The notes: generated by a model not told the origin, from the sequence alone. A stretch of DNA of 64,000 bases from Perna viridis (GCA_037379345.1 CM074518.1:27404001-27468000); one strand, 5' to 3'. Numbered from the stretch's first letter, positions 1-10,963 are shown. Translations and numbers: made by a program.

Positions 1-1452
1 GAGGACATCTTGGTAGCGAGTATTGTTTTCAACATGATCGATGAAATCGACAAAGGTGTTTAGAATTAATCCATTCTGCCAAAATCCATCATAACCATTC
101 CACTCCTAAAATAAAAGACAGATGTTTGGTCATGCATTCATGGACGGTGCGTTTTTGTGTCGGTTTTATTCAATGCAATGCACTTACTGAAATGCACAGC
201 CGGTACGCTGTAACGTTCACTTTATCGAAAGGCGGAGGTGGAGGGACGGTTTGTTTTGAAAATGAAAGATTGAACGATGCTGCATACGACTTTCATACAA
301 GCCGAAGAAAGCCTTTTCTGTGTCATTTAAAGACATTAGTTGCCATTATGTATTTAAAGTATATAAATATGGACTATTTGAAAATGGTTCGTATGGATAC
401 AAGGAAAAAATTCTATAAAGAATAGTTCTATTTTGACATCTATCACCGGAAAGCTAAGTCGTAACTGGGTTCGACTAATTTGGTATTTAATATCCATTTG
501 TTATGTGTTTTATGGGCTCACATTCCTAGCTGTTGCCACACCCAAACTATACTTTATACAAACAATAGGGTCCCAAGAGACTGAATCGGTCACCTACTTA
601 ATTTGTTGTTTTTCAAGGGTAATAACTCTAACAAGGAGCTGTCCAAAGGTTTAGACTCAAAAGAAGACTTTGGTAGGACTTATCATAAGGATCATTTTAT
701 CAATTGAAAGTTTCATTCTATTTATTATAGTTTTTAAGATATTGGCTGAAAACTACTAAATGAAAAATTGTTAAGAGCAATAATCCTAACAAGGAATCGT
801 CTGACAACTTTGATCGCGTGGAGACTTTTGTAGGCCTTACACGTGTAATAAGGATCATTTCAACAATTGAAAGAATTAACGCTTTTGGAAATATATGCGA
901 ATACTACTGTCTAAGCAATATACCCCAAGAAGCTTTTAAGCCAAGTTTGGTTCCAATGGGACAAGTAGTGCAGAAAAAGAAGATTTTTGAAAGAAATACC
1001 ATTAAAAATAGCCAAAAATTTCGAAAAAGGACAATAACTCCTACATGGCTAAACAAATTCGAACGAAATTTGAACAAAGATAGATCTTATCATGTTGACC
1101 ACTTTTACCCATGTCAGAATTAGGTAATACCTAATGGTTTGTGAGATATATTTAGTAAACTACTGACTGACCCCCATATGTTCCATTTTTAGCTCACATG
1201 GCCTTCGGCAAATAAGATGCAAGGGGTTAAAACGTTTCGCGAATTAAGTCACCTTACCTGATACGTGAACAGTCCTGACAACGGTGAAGGGTACCAGTTT
1301 GCCTGGTGAGCAAACTGTATCTTACATGCCATGTAGGCATTGAAGTCACCACCAAACATTTCCATCGAGCACGTGCTGTTGGCGCTATCGCCATTGACAA
1401 TTAAAAAGCTTACAGCAGTTGTCAAGAAAGTGACACGGAACACAGAATTCAT
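1..1452 (-). CDS. GH76-family glycoside hydrolase paralog A (secreted), partial: exon 1 1452-1258, exon 2 from 105 running off the left edge
   Basis: Exon 1 (65 codons) is MNSVFRVTFLTTAVSFLIVNG (signal-peptide-like) then STCSMEMFGGDFNAYMACKIQFAHQANWYPSPLSGLFTYQ, followed by donor GTAAGG. After acceptor TTTTAG, exon 2 starts at 105 in phase 0 and reads EWNGYDGFWQNGLILNTFVDFIDHVENNTRYQDVL, closely matching paralogs B and C. The catalytic region lies outside the window. Confidence 0.88.
559..1222 (+). mobile_element. Helentron-type non-autonomous element (HINE-like), family 1, degraded copy in the intron of paralog A
   Basis: The 5' end AACAATAGGGTCCCAAGAGACTGAATCGGTCACCT and 3' end AGCTCACATGGCCTTCGGC match the copies at 3674 and 52974. 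Internal blocks are shared (GACTTTGGTAGGACTTATCATAAGGA, CCAAGTTTGGTTCCAAT). Confidence 0.7.
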
Positions 1453-1914
1453 ATTATTAATTTGAAAAAAGGAATGTGCTTGACATTTGATAAAATTATT
1501 ATACACATTTATCATCTACTTTTTATCATATGATAATAACCGCAACTATATAAACTTGTCAGATATATAGGTCGGATTTCATCATTTCACATACAAAACT
1601 TTTAACACATGTATATTTCAAGGATGATATCCTCAAAAATTGTTTTGATGACGTGAAATGTTCTCGTGATTTAACAAGTAAGCTGTAGCTAAGATACCAA
1701 AACGTAAATTTTATTGATTATTCTTTCATTAAATAACTTTATTCCAAATAATTCAATATACCTGTAACGTTTGTTTTTCGCTGTCTATAGATTAAAATTG
1801 CTCATGACCAAATACTTTTCTAAAAAATAAGTCAACTATTATATGATTTCGCAACGACATATAAACAGTTAAACAAAAACCCGTAAAAATCGTCAATGCG
1901 TATTCAAATTAGCA

Positions 1915-4900
1915 TCATGTACACACACCTTTTACACATTTCTGAGTATAATCACAACATGTGTAAGAGGACTGATAGCTACAACAGGGTTTTCCCTTCG
2001 GGCAGGGAAAGTCACTACATGTCAGATGTTGAGGCGTCGGGTTACTAGGGCTAAAATTACAATATGTGCCAGTGCAATTTGTCCCAGGCTTTATAGCGGA
2101 CACGAACAAGTCTAAGACGGCTGTTTGTTGCATCGGTGCTCCAACTGTGAAGGGACCGCTCCAATCGGGCGAAAATACTGGCCCAGACCTATTAAAAAAT
2201 GGAGGGCCATCTAGATATGTAATGTTACACTTGGTCATCGGTATCTTGTCACACATGTTATTTTCTATGTTTGCTAAGATATTGTGGTCAAGATAATCTT
2301 GATATTCTTGCCTTTGTTTTGGATCATCAAGAACGTCCATTAAATATCTTAAATTTCGTACAAAAATTCCTTTGAACATTTTCTGGTCATCGTTACAATC
2401 AGGTTCGCACCATTCTTGGAGGATTCCGGAAGTAGAATTAGTAGTATTTCTGATTTCTGCTTGGGCAATTTTATTGGCAAGATCAATGTATGATTTCTTC
2501 TTATGAATTTTGTAAAACTCCACCAGGCCCCCAATTGCGGTTCCACCTAAATAAGTCGGTCCAAAAAAGTCGTTTCCAGTACAGTTGTCGAGTGTACCGT
2601 CATGCACCAAATACGTTGTATTGTCTATTATTCCGTTTTTCGTGACCCAATTCCAAATTTGGTGCATCTGAGTCAGGTATTTTAATTTTTTTGTAAACCT
2701 ATAAAGCTTTCCAGCAGCTTGAATACACTCTAAATTAGTTATTGAGACTTTTTGGTCGAAATCATTGTCAAACCACAAGCCCCCGCCACATGTACCAGTT
2801 TTGTCCCATCCAGTTTTCCAAATCCAATCGAAAACTTCCTGACTGTGGTCCAAAAACTCCTTCCAACCGAAAACCTCGTATATTCTGGCGTAACTAAGGG
2901 CATACCAAGCCATATCGTCAAATGAAGGGTACGGCCCGTATGCCTCTTGAAGTTCGTACAATTCGCGACCAGAGCTTTTGATGACGTCAATATAACGCGT
3001 GTTGTTACCGACATATGCGATATAGTCGGTAAAGGTATTTAGAACTATTCCATTCTCCCAGAAACCATCATATCCATTCCATTCCTGTTAAAGAAAGTTG
3101 TATTTAATAAAGACATTTAAATTGCTGTATTATTTGTTTGGTCCTTTTCTCTAAGTAGGTCACTATAAAAAAAAACTATGTTTTATATGACAGACCGTGA
3201 CGAATTTGCTTTAAGAAACAATTTCAACTAATCATGAAAATGTGCTGTGGTCAATGTTCTTTGAGAACTGATTTTACGGGTGAGTGATAAATTTACACTG
3301 CACAATATCCATACAACGGTATCATCGCCACAATCCCAGAACATCGGGAAAANNNNNNNNNNNNNNNNNNNNNNNNNNNNNNNNNNNNNNNNNNNNNNNN
3401 NNNNNNNNNNNNNNNNNNNNNNNNNNNNNNNNNNNNNNNNNNNNNNNNNNNNNNNNNNNNNNNNNNNNNNNNNNNNNNNNNNNNNNNNNNNNNNNNNNNN
3501 NNNNNNNNNNNNNNNNTCAGTAAATCTGTGTATGTACTTCCCATTCTTTAACAATAAGCATATTACAAAAAGCAGTGTGTAGTACATAAAGTGTGACGAT
3601 GTGTTTCTTTTACACCTTTTTTATATTTTAATATGACGTGCTTCAAAGCCTTTTAGACCACAGCCGCAGTAGTAAAACAAGAGGCTCCCAGGAGCCTGAA
3701 TCCCTTACCCGGTAGAGTTTTTGCCTTTCAAAGGCAATAAATTTAACAAGTTTTCCAACAATTTTGACTCAAGACGACTTTGGTAGGACTTATCATAAGG
3801 ACCACTTCAGCAATTGAAAGTTTCTTTCTATCTATCATAGTTTTCAAGATATTGGCTGATAACTATTTAAAAAAAAAACTCATTTTTGCCTGTCCATGGC
3901 AATAACTCTTACAAGGAGTCGTCTGACAACTTTTATCCCTGAAGACTTTCGTATTCCTAATGATAAGGATCATTGCAGCTACTGAAATTATTTGGCTAAA
4001 CCCAATGGTAGATATACATGTATGTGGTAAACTACTGACTGACCCCTGTCCTATTTTAGTAATGGTGGCCATGTTTTTCGACGGATCAAAAATCCCCACA
4101 TTAGATCTATGCAGGATTACCCAAAAAACGTTCATACCAGGTTTGGTTCCAATTGGTCAAATAGTGTCAGAAGAGAAGATTTTCGAAGAAATAACACTTA
4201 AAGTAGCAAAAAACGTCAAAAAGGGCAATAACTCCAACATAGCTTAATGGATTAGAACAAAAATTTGACCATGGCTAGATCTCATCATGCTGAATAGTTT
4301 TATCCGGTCAGAATTTGGCTAAACCTAACGGTTTTGGAAATATATGCGAAAAACTACTATCATACACCTATGTTCTATTTTTAGTAACGGCGGCCATGTT
4401 TTTCGATGGATCAAGGATCTCCTCATCAATTCTATGCAGGATATCCCAAGGAATATTTATACCAAGTTTGGTTCCAATTGATCAAGTAATGTCAGAGGAG
4501 AATTTATAAAAAAAAAATGTTGACGACGACGGACGACGACGGACGCTTAGTGATGGCAATAGCTCACATGGCCTTCGGCCAGATGAGCTAAAAAGTGATA
4601 ACCACATGACCAACGTCATAGACTGTGTCTATTCAACAATATGAAGAATTAGAGTCGAAATAAAACGGCAACTCCATTTTACTATTGTTTCACCACGGGA
4701 TGGTCATTTATGTCGCATTGTTTTACCCCCAGCGCGATAGCGAGGAGTTAAATAACGACATGAATGGCCAGCCCGTGGTAAAAAGTAATAAAATGGAGAT
4801 TCCGTGATTTATTTCTTTAATTTACCATATCAGTTATGGTAGAAGACTATTTGACAATTTTGTTTTCAGACTTCGATGTATATATTCCTTCGTGTTAACA

Positions 4901-5160
4901 GCATGCATGTGATATACTTCAATTCAGCAGAAAATGTCTGCAGCAGACCGAAAATATTAAGACTGTTGGCTTACCTGGTAGCTAAACAGTCCAGAAATTG
5001 GCGAAGGATACCAGTTCGCCTGGTGAGAAAATTGTGTCTTACATGCCAAATAGGCATTGAAGTCACCACCAAACATTTCCAACGAGCATGTGCTGTTTGA
5101 AGTGTCGCCATTAGCAACCACAATTATATATGCGATGAATAAAACTACGTAATAAAACAT
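1915..5160 (-). CDS. GH76-family glycoside hydrolase paralog B (secreted, 451 aa) with C-terminal Cys-rich module; exons 5160-4975 and 3084-1915
   Basis: Signal peptide MFYYVVLFIAYIIVVANG; phase-0 intron CAG|GTAAGC ... TTTAACAG|GAA. GH76 motifs SFDDMAW (Asp-Asp pair), CGGGLWF, KVSITN, HDG, TY..G and GILQEWCEPDCNDDQKMFKGIFVRNL. Many N-x-S/T sequons. The C-terminal pattern is C-X4-C-X5-CC-X7-CC-X5-C-X4-C. The intron contains a 164-N gap. Confidence 0.92.
3353..3516. other. Assembly gap (164 N) in the intron of GH76 paralog B
   Basis: Run of N. Confidence 1.
3674..4594 (+). mobile_element. Helentron-type non-autonomous element, family 1, near-complete copy in the intron of paralog B
   Basis: 5' palindrome AGGCTCCCAGGAGCCT, an internally repeated unit, a (GAC/GGAC)n microsatellite, and a 3' hairpin AGCTCA-CA-TGGCC-TTC-GGCCA-GA-TGAGCT followed by an A-run. 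Confidence 0.78.
4646..4822. repeat. Long imperfect palindrome (fold-back element) in the intron of paralog B
   Basis: CTCCATTTTACTATT..CACCACGGGATGGTCATT..TGTCG pairs with CGACA..AATGGCCAGCCCGTGGT..AGTAATAAAATGGAG around a centre near 4735. Confidence 0.75.
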
Positions 5161-5689
5161 GATATTCTGTTTATTACCAATTTGAACTTTTAGTTTAATC
5201 AGGGTATAATCATATCAGTATCACTCATACATCTATCTAATAAAGTTAAAGTTCAACATCATGTAGACCTCAATCTAACATACATAAAACCAGCATTACA
5301 GTGATTGTTTTGATGGAGAGGGGCCTGGGAAAGTCCAAGGTAAGTTGAAGTTTATTACAACCATATTGTATTGCAAAATTATCAAATGGATCAAACTATA
5401 GTTATACAAACTTACGTTGTCTTCTCCATAATGAACATAACAAATTTAAGATACACACAATAATCATACATCAAAAATAAAGTAAACATATTAAGATATC
5501 TATACATCAATCAAAGAAGATATAATACTACAATATTTAAAACCTAAATTCATTGCATATGAATGAAAAACAAAAGTGTTTGAAATAGTATAGAAATGCA
5601 CCGTCAAATCTTGACTTAGTTGGCTTGATAAAGCTTTTTACGGTAATGAAGTTACATGAAGTAATAAGAGTGTTTTACCTACCTCATGC

Positions 5690-7120
5690 TCTTCGTACAT
5701 GTCTGCGCATAAAGCTGAGATCGACTGCCGCCAAGTCTGTTCCTTGCATTTCTTTTCATATAATTCCAAACTCTTTCAACTCTCTTTCTACCATTCTTGT
5801 CCGTGCTTCTTTAGGTCTTCCCCCTTTTTTTTCCCGTAAGGAATTTATTTGAACATTTGGACATACTTTGTTCATTCTCATCTCGTGTCCTATCCACCTC
5901 CGTCTCTAATCGAATGCTTTTCTGCGATGTTTTGCGCCATATGTCTCTATCAAAGATCTCATTTGGCCAATAGATATTGCACATTTTCCAAAGGTAGGTA
6001 AAATAATGACAGGTTCTTCATGTTACTCTGAACCAGTTCCCAGCATTCTGCTCAATAGAGTAATATGAATTTGACATTGCTACTATAAACCTTGTCTCAT
6101 TCATATGTGTACACTAAACCAATCAGATTTTATTGTAAATGATAAATACGTGCGGTATCTCCCATCTTATATTTTATGGTAATATTCTTCACAAAGCACG
6201 GAAAGCTCAATACTCACCCAGTTAGTTGACTAAACTGTTGAATAGTCTAATTTGTGAGGGATATAGTTATGATATTGTTGTCAAAATCGTTTGATAGCAA
6301 TTTTTGGTATAAACATTGATTCTTTCATTGGGTTTTTACAAAGAAACTAACACACACTATTTGAAAGCTTTTTTCGGCATGACGCGGATTGTGTCCTTAA
6401 TGTAACTATGCCTTATGATGGATCGTGATTCTCAACCCTGCATGGAAAGAATTGGAATCAATATTACATACCATGAAGGCATAACGTTTTGTAGATTTAA
6501 ACTGGTCTGGTGCTGGGAATGTCAGTTTACTGTTAGTTGTCCCTTGTTTGTGCAATTGTGTAACGTATGATCAGTTTCTTTATTTCTGTATTAACAAGGG
6601 ATTTTGACCTTTTTGAACTGATTTTTAGGTGTGTTTTGTTGTGTAATACTTTTTTTCCAGTATGGCCAGATTTAAAAATAGGAGTGTTGTGATCACGCCG
6701 AAGTACTTTAGTCCTGCTGTATTTTTGTGCCTGTCCAGAAATGTGTATGTGTTGTTTCGTTTTCACTTTCAGTTTAACTATTTCGCTGTACCTGTGTATA
6801 ATGTTGTTTTAGGGCGAGCTGCAGGCTGCACTCTGGATTTAGGGTTTCCTCGTCATTCATTGAAGACACATGGCTGACCATGCGGTTGTTATCTCTTTAG
6901 CATATTCATCATATCCATTCTTGTTATATCTAATTACTTTCATTTTTACTACACAAATCTTTAATGATTCTGTACAGCATACTAAGGTTTCCCCAAAGTG
7001 TTGCTGCCTCTTCCTCATTACTTAGGTCATCTATGTATTTACTCTTATCTAATCTAGTTTTTGCTTTTATTTCTTTGTCATTTGTGTTAGCATGATGAGG
7101 TCTATCTCTCATCAAATTTT
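5690..7120 (-). mobile_element. Degraded RTE-like LINE fragments with an internal deletion and later insertions
   Basis: The minus strand translates to DKEIKAKTRLDKSKYIDDLSNEEEAA..GNLSMLYRIIKDL (EN-RT linker-like) at 7085-6950. At 6000-5765 it gives YLWKMCNIYWPNEIFDRDIWRKT..RRRWIGH..GRPKEARTRMVERELK (RTE-type C-terminus). The fragments are frameshifted. Confidence 0.72.
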
Positions 7121-7296
7121 CTTGTTAATATGTTAAGCATGTTGAAGTTATTACCCATCTTTGACATCTTTTTGCTATTTTAATGTAATTACTTTTCAAA
7201 ACATTTTCTTCTAAGAAACTACTGGGCAGAATTCAATGAAAACTGATATATGAATGTTCTCTAGACATAAGAAGACAAAAAATAGGTATTAAGCCA

Positions 7297-7589
7297 ATAC
7301 TTGTCTTAATCTAAACCACTGTCTTTCAGCTAAGTGTATTCAACTCAATCAAAAAAATTGAATACAATGTATATACGTTCTAATAATGACCGTGGAAAAA
7401 AAAGTTTGACCTTAATTCTGGCCGAATGCCAACATTTAAAAAAATACTTGCCTTAATCTAAACCACTGTCTTTCAGCTAAGTGTATTCAACTCAATCAAA
7501 AAAAATGAATACAATGTATATACGTACTAATAATGACCGTGAAAAAAAATGTTGACCTTAATTCTGGCCGAATGCCAACATTTAAAAAA
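7297..7589. repeat. Direct tandem duplication, about 147 bp x2
   Basis: AATACTTG.CTTAATCTAAACCACTGTCTTTCAGC...GCCGAATGCCAACATTTAAAAAA is repeated with few differences. Confidence 0.92.
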
Positions 7590-8404
7590 TTTGTCATTTT
7601 TACCACATTTCAATGCCCTGTATTCCCTAAAATAACACTTTCAACAAGCTGATTTTTTATACCCAATAAGATGCACCATTAGCATACTTTCTTTGAATGA
7701 ATAAAGAACCTATTAGAACCTGAGATAGTGTTTATTGTTTTCTAAAGACCGTAAAATACAGCATTGTCACAATGGCGCCCAACATGATAATATGAACCTA
7801 CAAAAATCATAAGTAGTATCAAAATATAGTGAATGCCCTACAACTCTCAATCTGTCTGTGCGTCCATCTGCCTCTTTTAAATCATGTCAATACCTTTCTC
7901 TTTAACTTGTTTTTCTTTCAAGATAGACTTTTTGATATTTGGCATGTTGGTAGATGATGTGTTCAATACCAGGATTTGTGACAATTGACCTTCAACTTTG
8001 ACCTTTAGTAAAAAATTTGTGTGCAATGTGGCTGTTTCTAACATGTGTCCCGGCTATAAATATGATAATTCTTTTATCTTTCGACATATAAAAATGTACG
8101 TAGCCTTTTCATATTTGGCATGTGGGTACATAATCTAAAGAATATTGCTTCCCATAGTTGATGACCTTAAACACTTGCATGTTGTTGTTTTTTTATTGTA
8201 AAACATCTTAAAAAGCAGCAACAATTTCTTCTAAATACCAGATAGTCATTTTACTTCTTTACTACTTTTACTTCATTATATGTACATGCCCATATTAAAG
8301 TTTTAAAAATATCTTGAATAATTGTCCACGTGGTGCTTAACAAGGTCAAAATTTTGTGGTTACAATGTTATCCTTTATCATTTTCTGTAATGCTTGTAGT
8401 GCAT

Positions 8405-8560
8405 GAGTAATCAAGGGAACCAAGGTTATAGCGGTAATCAAAAGAATGTAATCCAGGGACAAAGACCAGACATGGAAAACAGGCATACACAACAAAGAAC
8501 ATAAAGTAACTAAAATCATACATACAAAGTAACAAAAGTAAATGAGCAACTCGGACTCCA
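8405..8560 (-). mobile_element. Interspersed repeat (retroposon-like 3' fragment); related copies at 47188-47375, 60037-60350 and 30480-30580
   Basis: Three copies share the same boundary GAGTAATCAAGGGAACCAAG and extend different distances, the pattern expected of 5' truncation. Confidence 0.75.
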
Positions 8561-8833
8561 CTCGGACATCACTCATGATCCATGGCAGGGTCTGTTTCAG
8601 TCTCTTGCTAATCATACAACAATGAATCACTCTGATAAATGTATTTAAGTTTCCTTACCTGAAACAGAATGGACAAGGGTTTTATATTTTTTGATATAAA
8701 ATAGATTTACATGAAATTTAAAACAAGGAGTATTATATTAAATCAAGTTATTTTCGAAGAGATAATTATGTAAATGTTTGAAAATGACTTTTTTCCATGA
8801 CCTTACCTACGCAATTCAACAGAGAAATAGGTC

Positions 8834-9237
8834 TATTCCCGACTTGCGGACCAACATTTTGTCAATATTTATCTCCCTTTGGAGCAGGTGTCTATTCGGA
8901 ACACGTAAGGTTTTCCATCCGATATCGACGATACTTTAGAAAATCTTGAAGGTCAAAAGGGAATTTCTCGTTCTACTGACCCTGCCATAAATTTTCTTTA
9001 TCCGGGATACAAATGAAAATCATCATTATGTAACCTACCAACAAAATGAAACACCCTGTAAATTTTAGAAACACCGTTGTGTTTGTCTGCTGGGGATTCC
9101 ATTTTCATTCGAGTTACCTCTTTTTTCTGCACCCGAATCCGAACATCGAATGGAGAGACTTCGAAATTACACCTGCTCTTACTCTGCAAAAACAGGATAA
9201 AATATGGCTGCATCCCGAGCTCCACAGGTAGGGAATA
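8834..9237. mobile_element. MITE (about 400 bp) with TTCCC(G/T)ACTTGCGGA TIRs flanked by TA
   Basis: TA-TTCCCGACTTGCGGA ... TCCACAGGTAGGGAA-TA, with a highly similar inverted copy at 47779-48186. Confidence 0.85.
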
Positions 9238-9576
9238 GTTTGATGGGTATGATTTATCACCGAATTTGAATAGAGGGACAAACATTGAGACAGCTACAAT
9301 GCAGATATCTATGATTTCTGAATTAATTGTTGAAAATTATGCATAATGGCTTACAGACTGTATTTGCAGAATTTTTAGCATATGTTGACTTTTATAATCA
9401 CAACATACAAATTCTTGATCGCAAAAAAAATGACCAATAATTACTTAGTTTAATTTTTTCAGGTGATAGAGAGTACCATTTACCTCAGATTAAGAAAAAG
9501 ATCATTTTAGGTGTCGCCCATGTTGGACGGAGCTCAATGCCGTATATTAGACAGAACAGTGCATCCACACTAGTGT

Positions 9577-10098
9577 TTGTTTGTTTGTTTGTTGGCGTTT
9601 AACGTCCCAGCAGCAATATTTCAGCTATATTCAGATGATGAACATGAAATTGATGATAAAATGAACATGAAATGATGATGAAATGAAAAAGGGATGGGAC
9701 ACAAGGAGAATGTGGGGTCGACAAATTTTGATTGCCACTAGAAATAGGGAGAGGTGGGTAGGGTCGGCCAATTTAGCCTCCAGTGGCGGAGCCCTATGGT
9801 TCCTACTCCGGGAGAATACCACAGTAGGGTTCTTTAACGTGCGAGGAACGTGGCATCTTTCCCAACACGGTGCACCGCTATGGTTTGCGGTCAGGTTTTC
9901 CGTATTATAGCCTGACAACCCCAGCATGTAACACGCCAGGGGTACCCCATTCCGCCACCTGGGGCACACATCCCAGTTGCTCTGTGGGCAGAGCGCCCTA
10001 GTCCCCGGCTAGAGTTCTGAGCACTATTTAGTCGCCTTTTACGACAAGCTTAGCGCTGCTGCAGGCCTATTCTTTTAACACCCGGACCTGCACGGGGG
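9577..10098 (-). mobile_element. Full-length SINE-like retroposon (about 520 bp) with structured non-tRNA head and (AAAC)n tail
   Basis: Perfect 13-bp TSD TCCACACTAGTGT (9564-9576 and 10099-10111). The tail is GCTGAAATATTGCTGCTGGGACGTTAAAC..(AAAC)n. A second copy lies at 44306-44816. Confidence 0.9.
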
Positions 10099-10963
10099 TC
10101 CACACTAGTGTAATCGTCTACTTCCGTGTCGACGAATTTCGTCACTTCCGTTAGTATTTTTAGCCATGCATATCCGCCACCGAGTGCAGCAAATAACACT
10201 TATATTTGACACTCACAAGCCCTGTAGTCAGACTTGTTGGACCGGACTTCTGTCATAGATTGTTAATCAAGAACTGCAAAAAAGTGAAGCCTCTAAACAC
10301 CGAGACATAATTCCTTATATTGCACACGGTAAAATTTCTTGGTGCTTGATACGACACGTGTTCTTGATCTTGGTCTTCAAGGAAATTGTTGTATTTTATG
10401 CTTCCCGGCAGACTAAACATTTGCTCATGTTTAGAATACGAGTGTACCGTAAAAAATCTATTAGATTTATTCCTATCTTACAGTCCGAAACTTACTTTGT
10501 CCGATATCTAGCGTATACACCAGTAATGCATCCAAAATGGAATATACCGACGTGAATGTAAGTCTACTGGTTTACGCTGAGTGCAAGCCACTTTGACATA
10601 ATCAAGGAACACGTTTTTTTTTTTCGAAAGTAAAATTGCCGTGTTGAATATCTAAACCGGTTCATATTAGGTATTCGTTTTCCCTTTTTTAGTACTGGTT
10701 TATATACTTTCTGATTTGATATGCCGTACCGTACAGCGTCGACTAAGTTCCCCAGAATAGACGCATTGCAAAATATAACGTTCAAAAACAATATGCGAAG
10801 AAACTAAGTAGGATATGTCTATTACACTATACAAAGTGTTTCAAGTTATCTCCGGGCACGATCTGTTTGGCTATTTAAGATTGTATAAGTAACTGTCGTT
10901 TTTTTCCATACCATTAGACGGCTAAAACATTAGGTTGTAGTAAGATACACACGTACATAAAAA

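Noticed and set aside
2066-3014. Short ORFs overlapping GH76-B (2066-2296, 2349-2546, 2739-3014) and 14214-14441 in GH76-C
   Set aside because: Shadow frames of real coding exons with no recognisable motifs.
3228-3587. ORFs spanning the N run
   Set aside because: Artefacts of the assembly gap.
8346-8630. Hydrophobic ORFs 8346-8630 and 59945-60274 as membrane-protein paralogs
   Set aside because: The similarity is confined to a dispersed repeat, and the T-rich strand yields hydrophobic translations by chance.
9631-9969. Similar ORFs MCPRW.NGVPLACYML at 9631-9969 and 44457-44687 as a small gene family
   Set aside because: Both lie inside the TSD-flanked retroposon copies and their stop positions differ.
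10018-10098. Calling the retroposon head a pistol or HDV ribozyme
   Set aside because: The pseudoknot and A-rich linker are reminiscent, but the order of paired elements matches neither consensus, so it is kept only as a candidate structured RNA.
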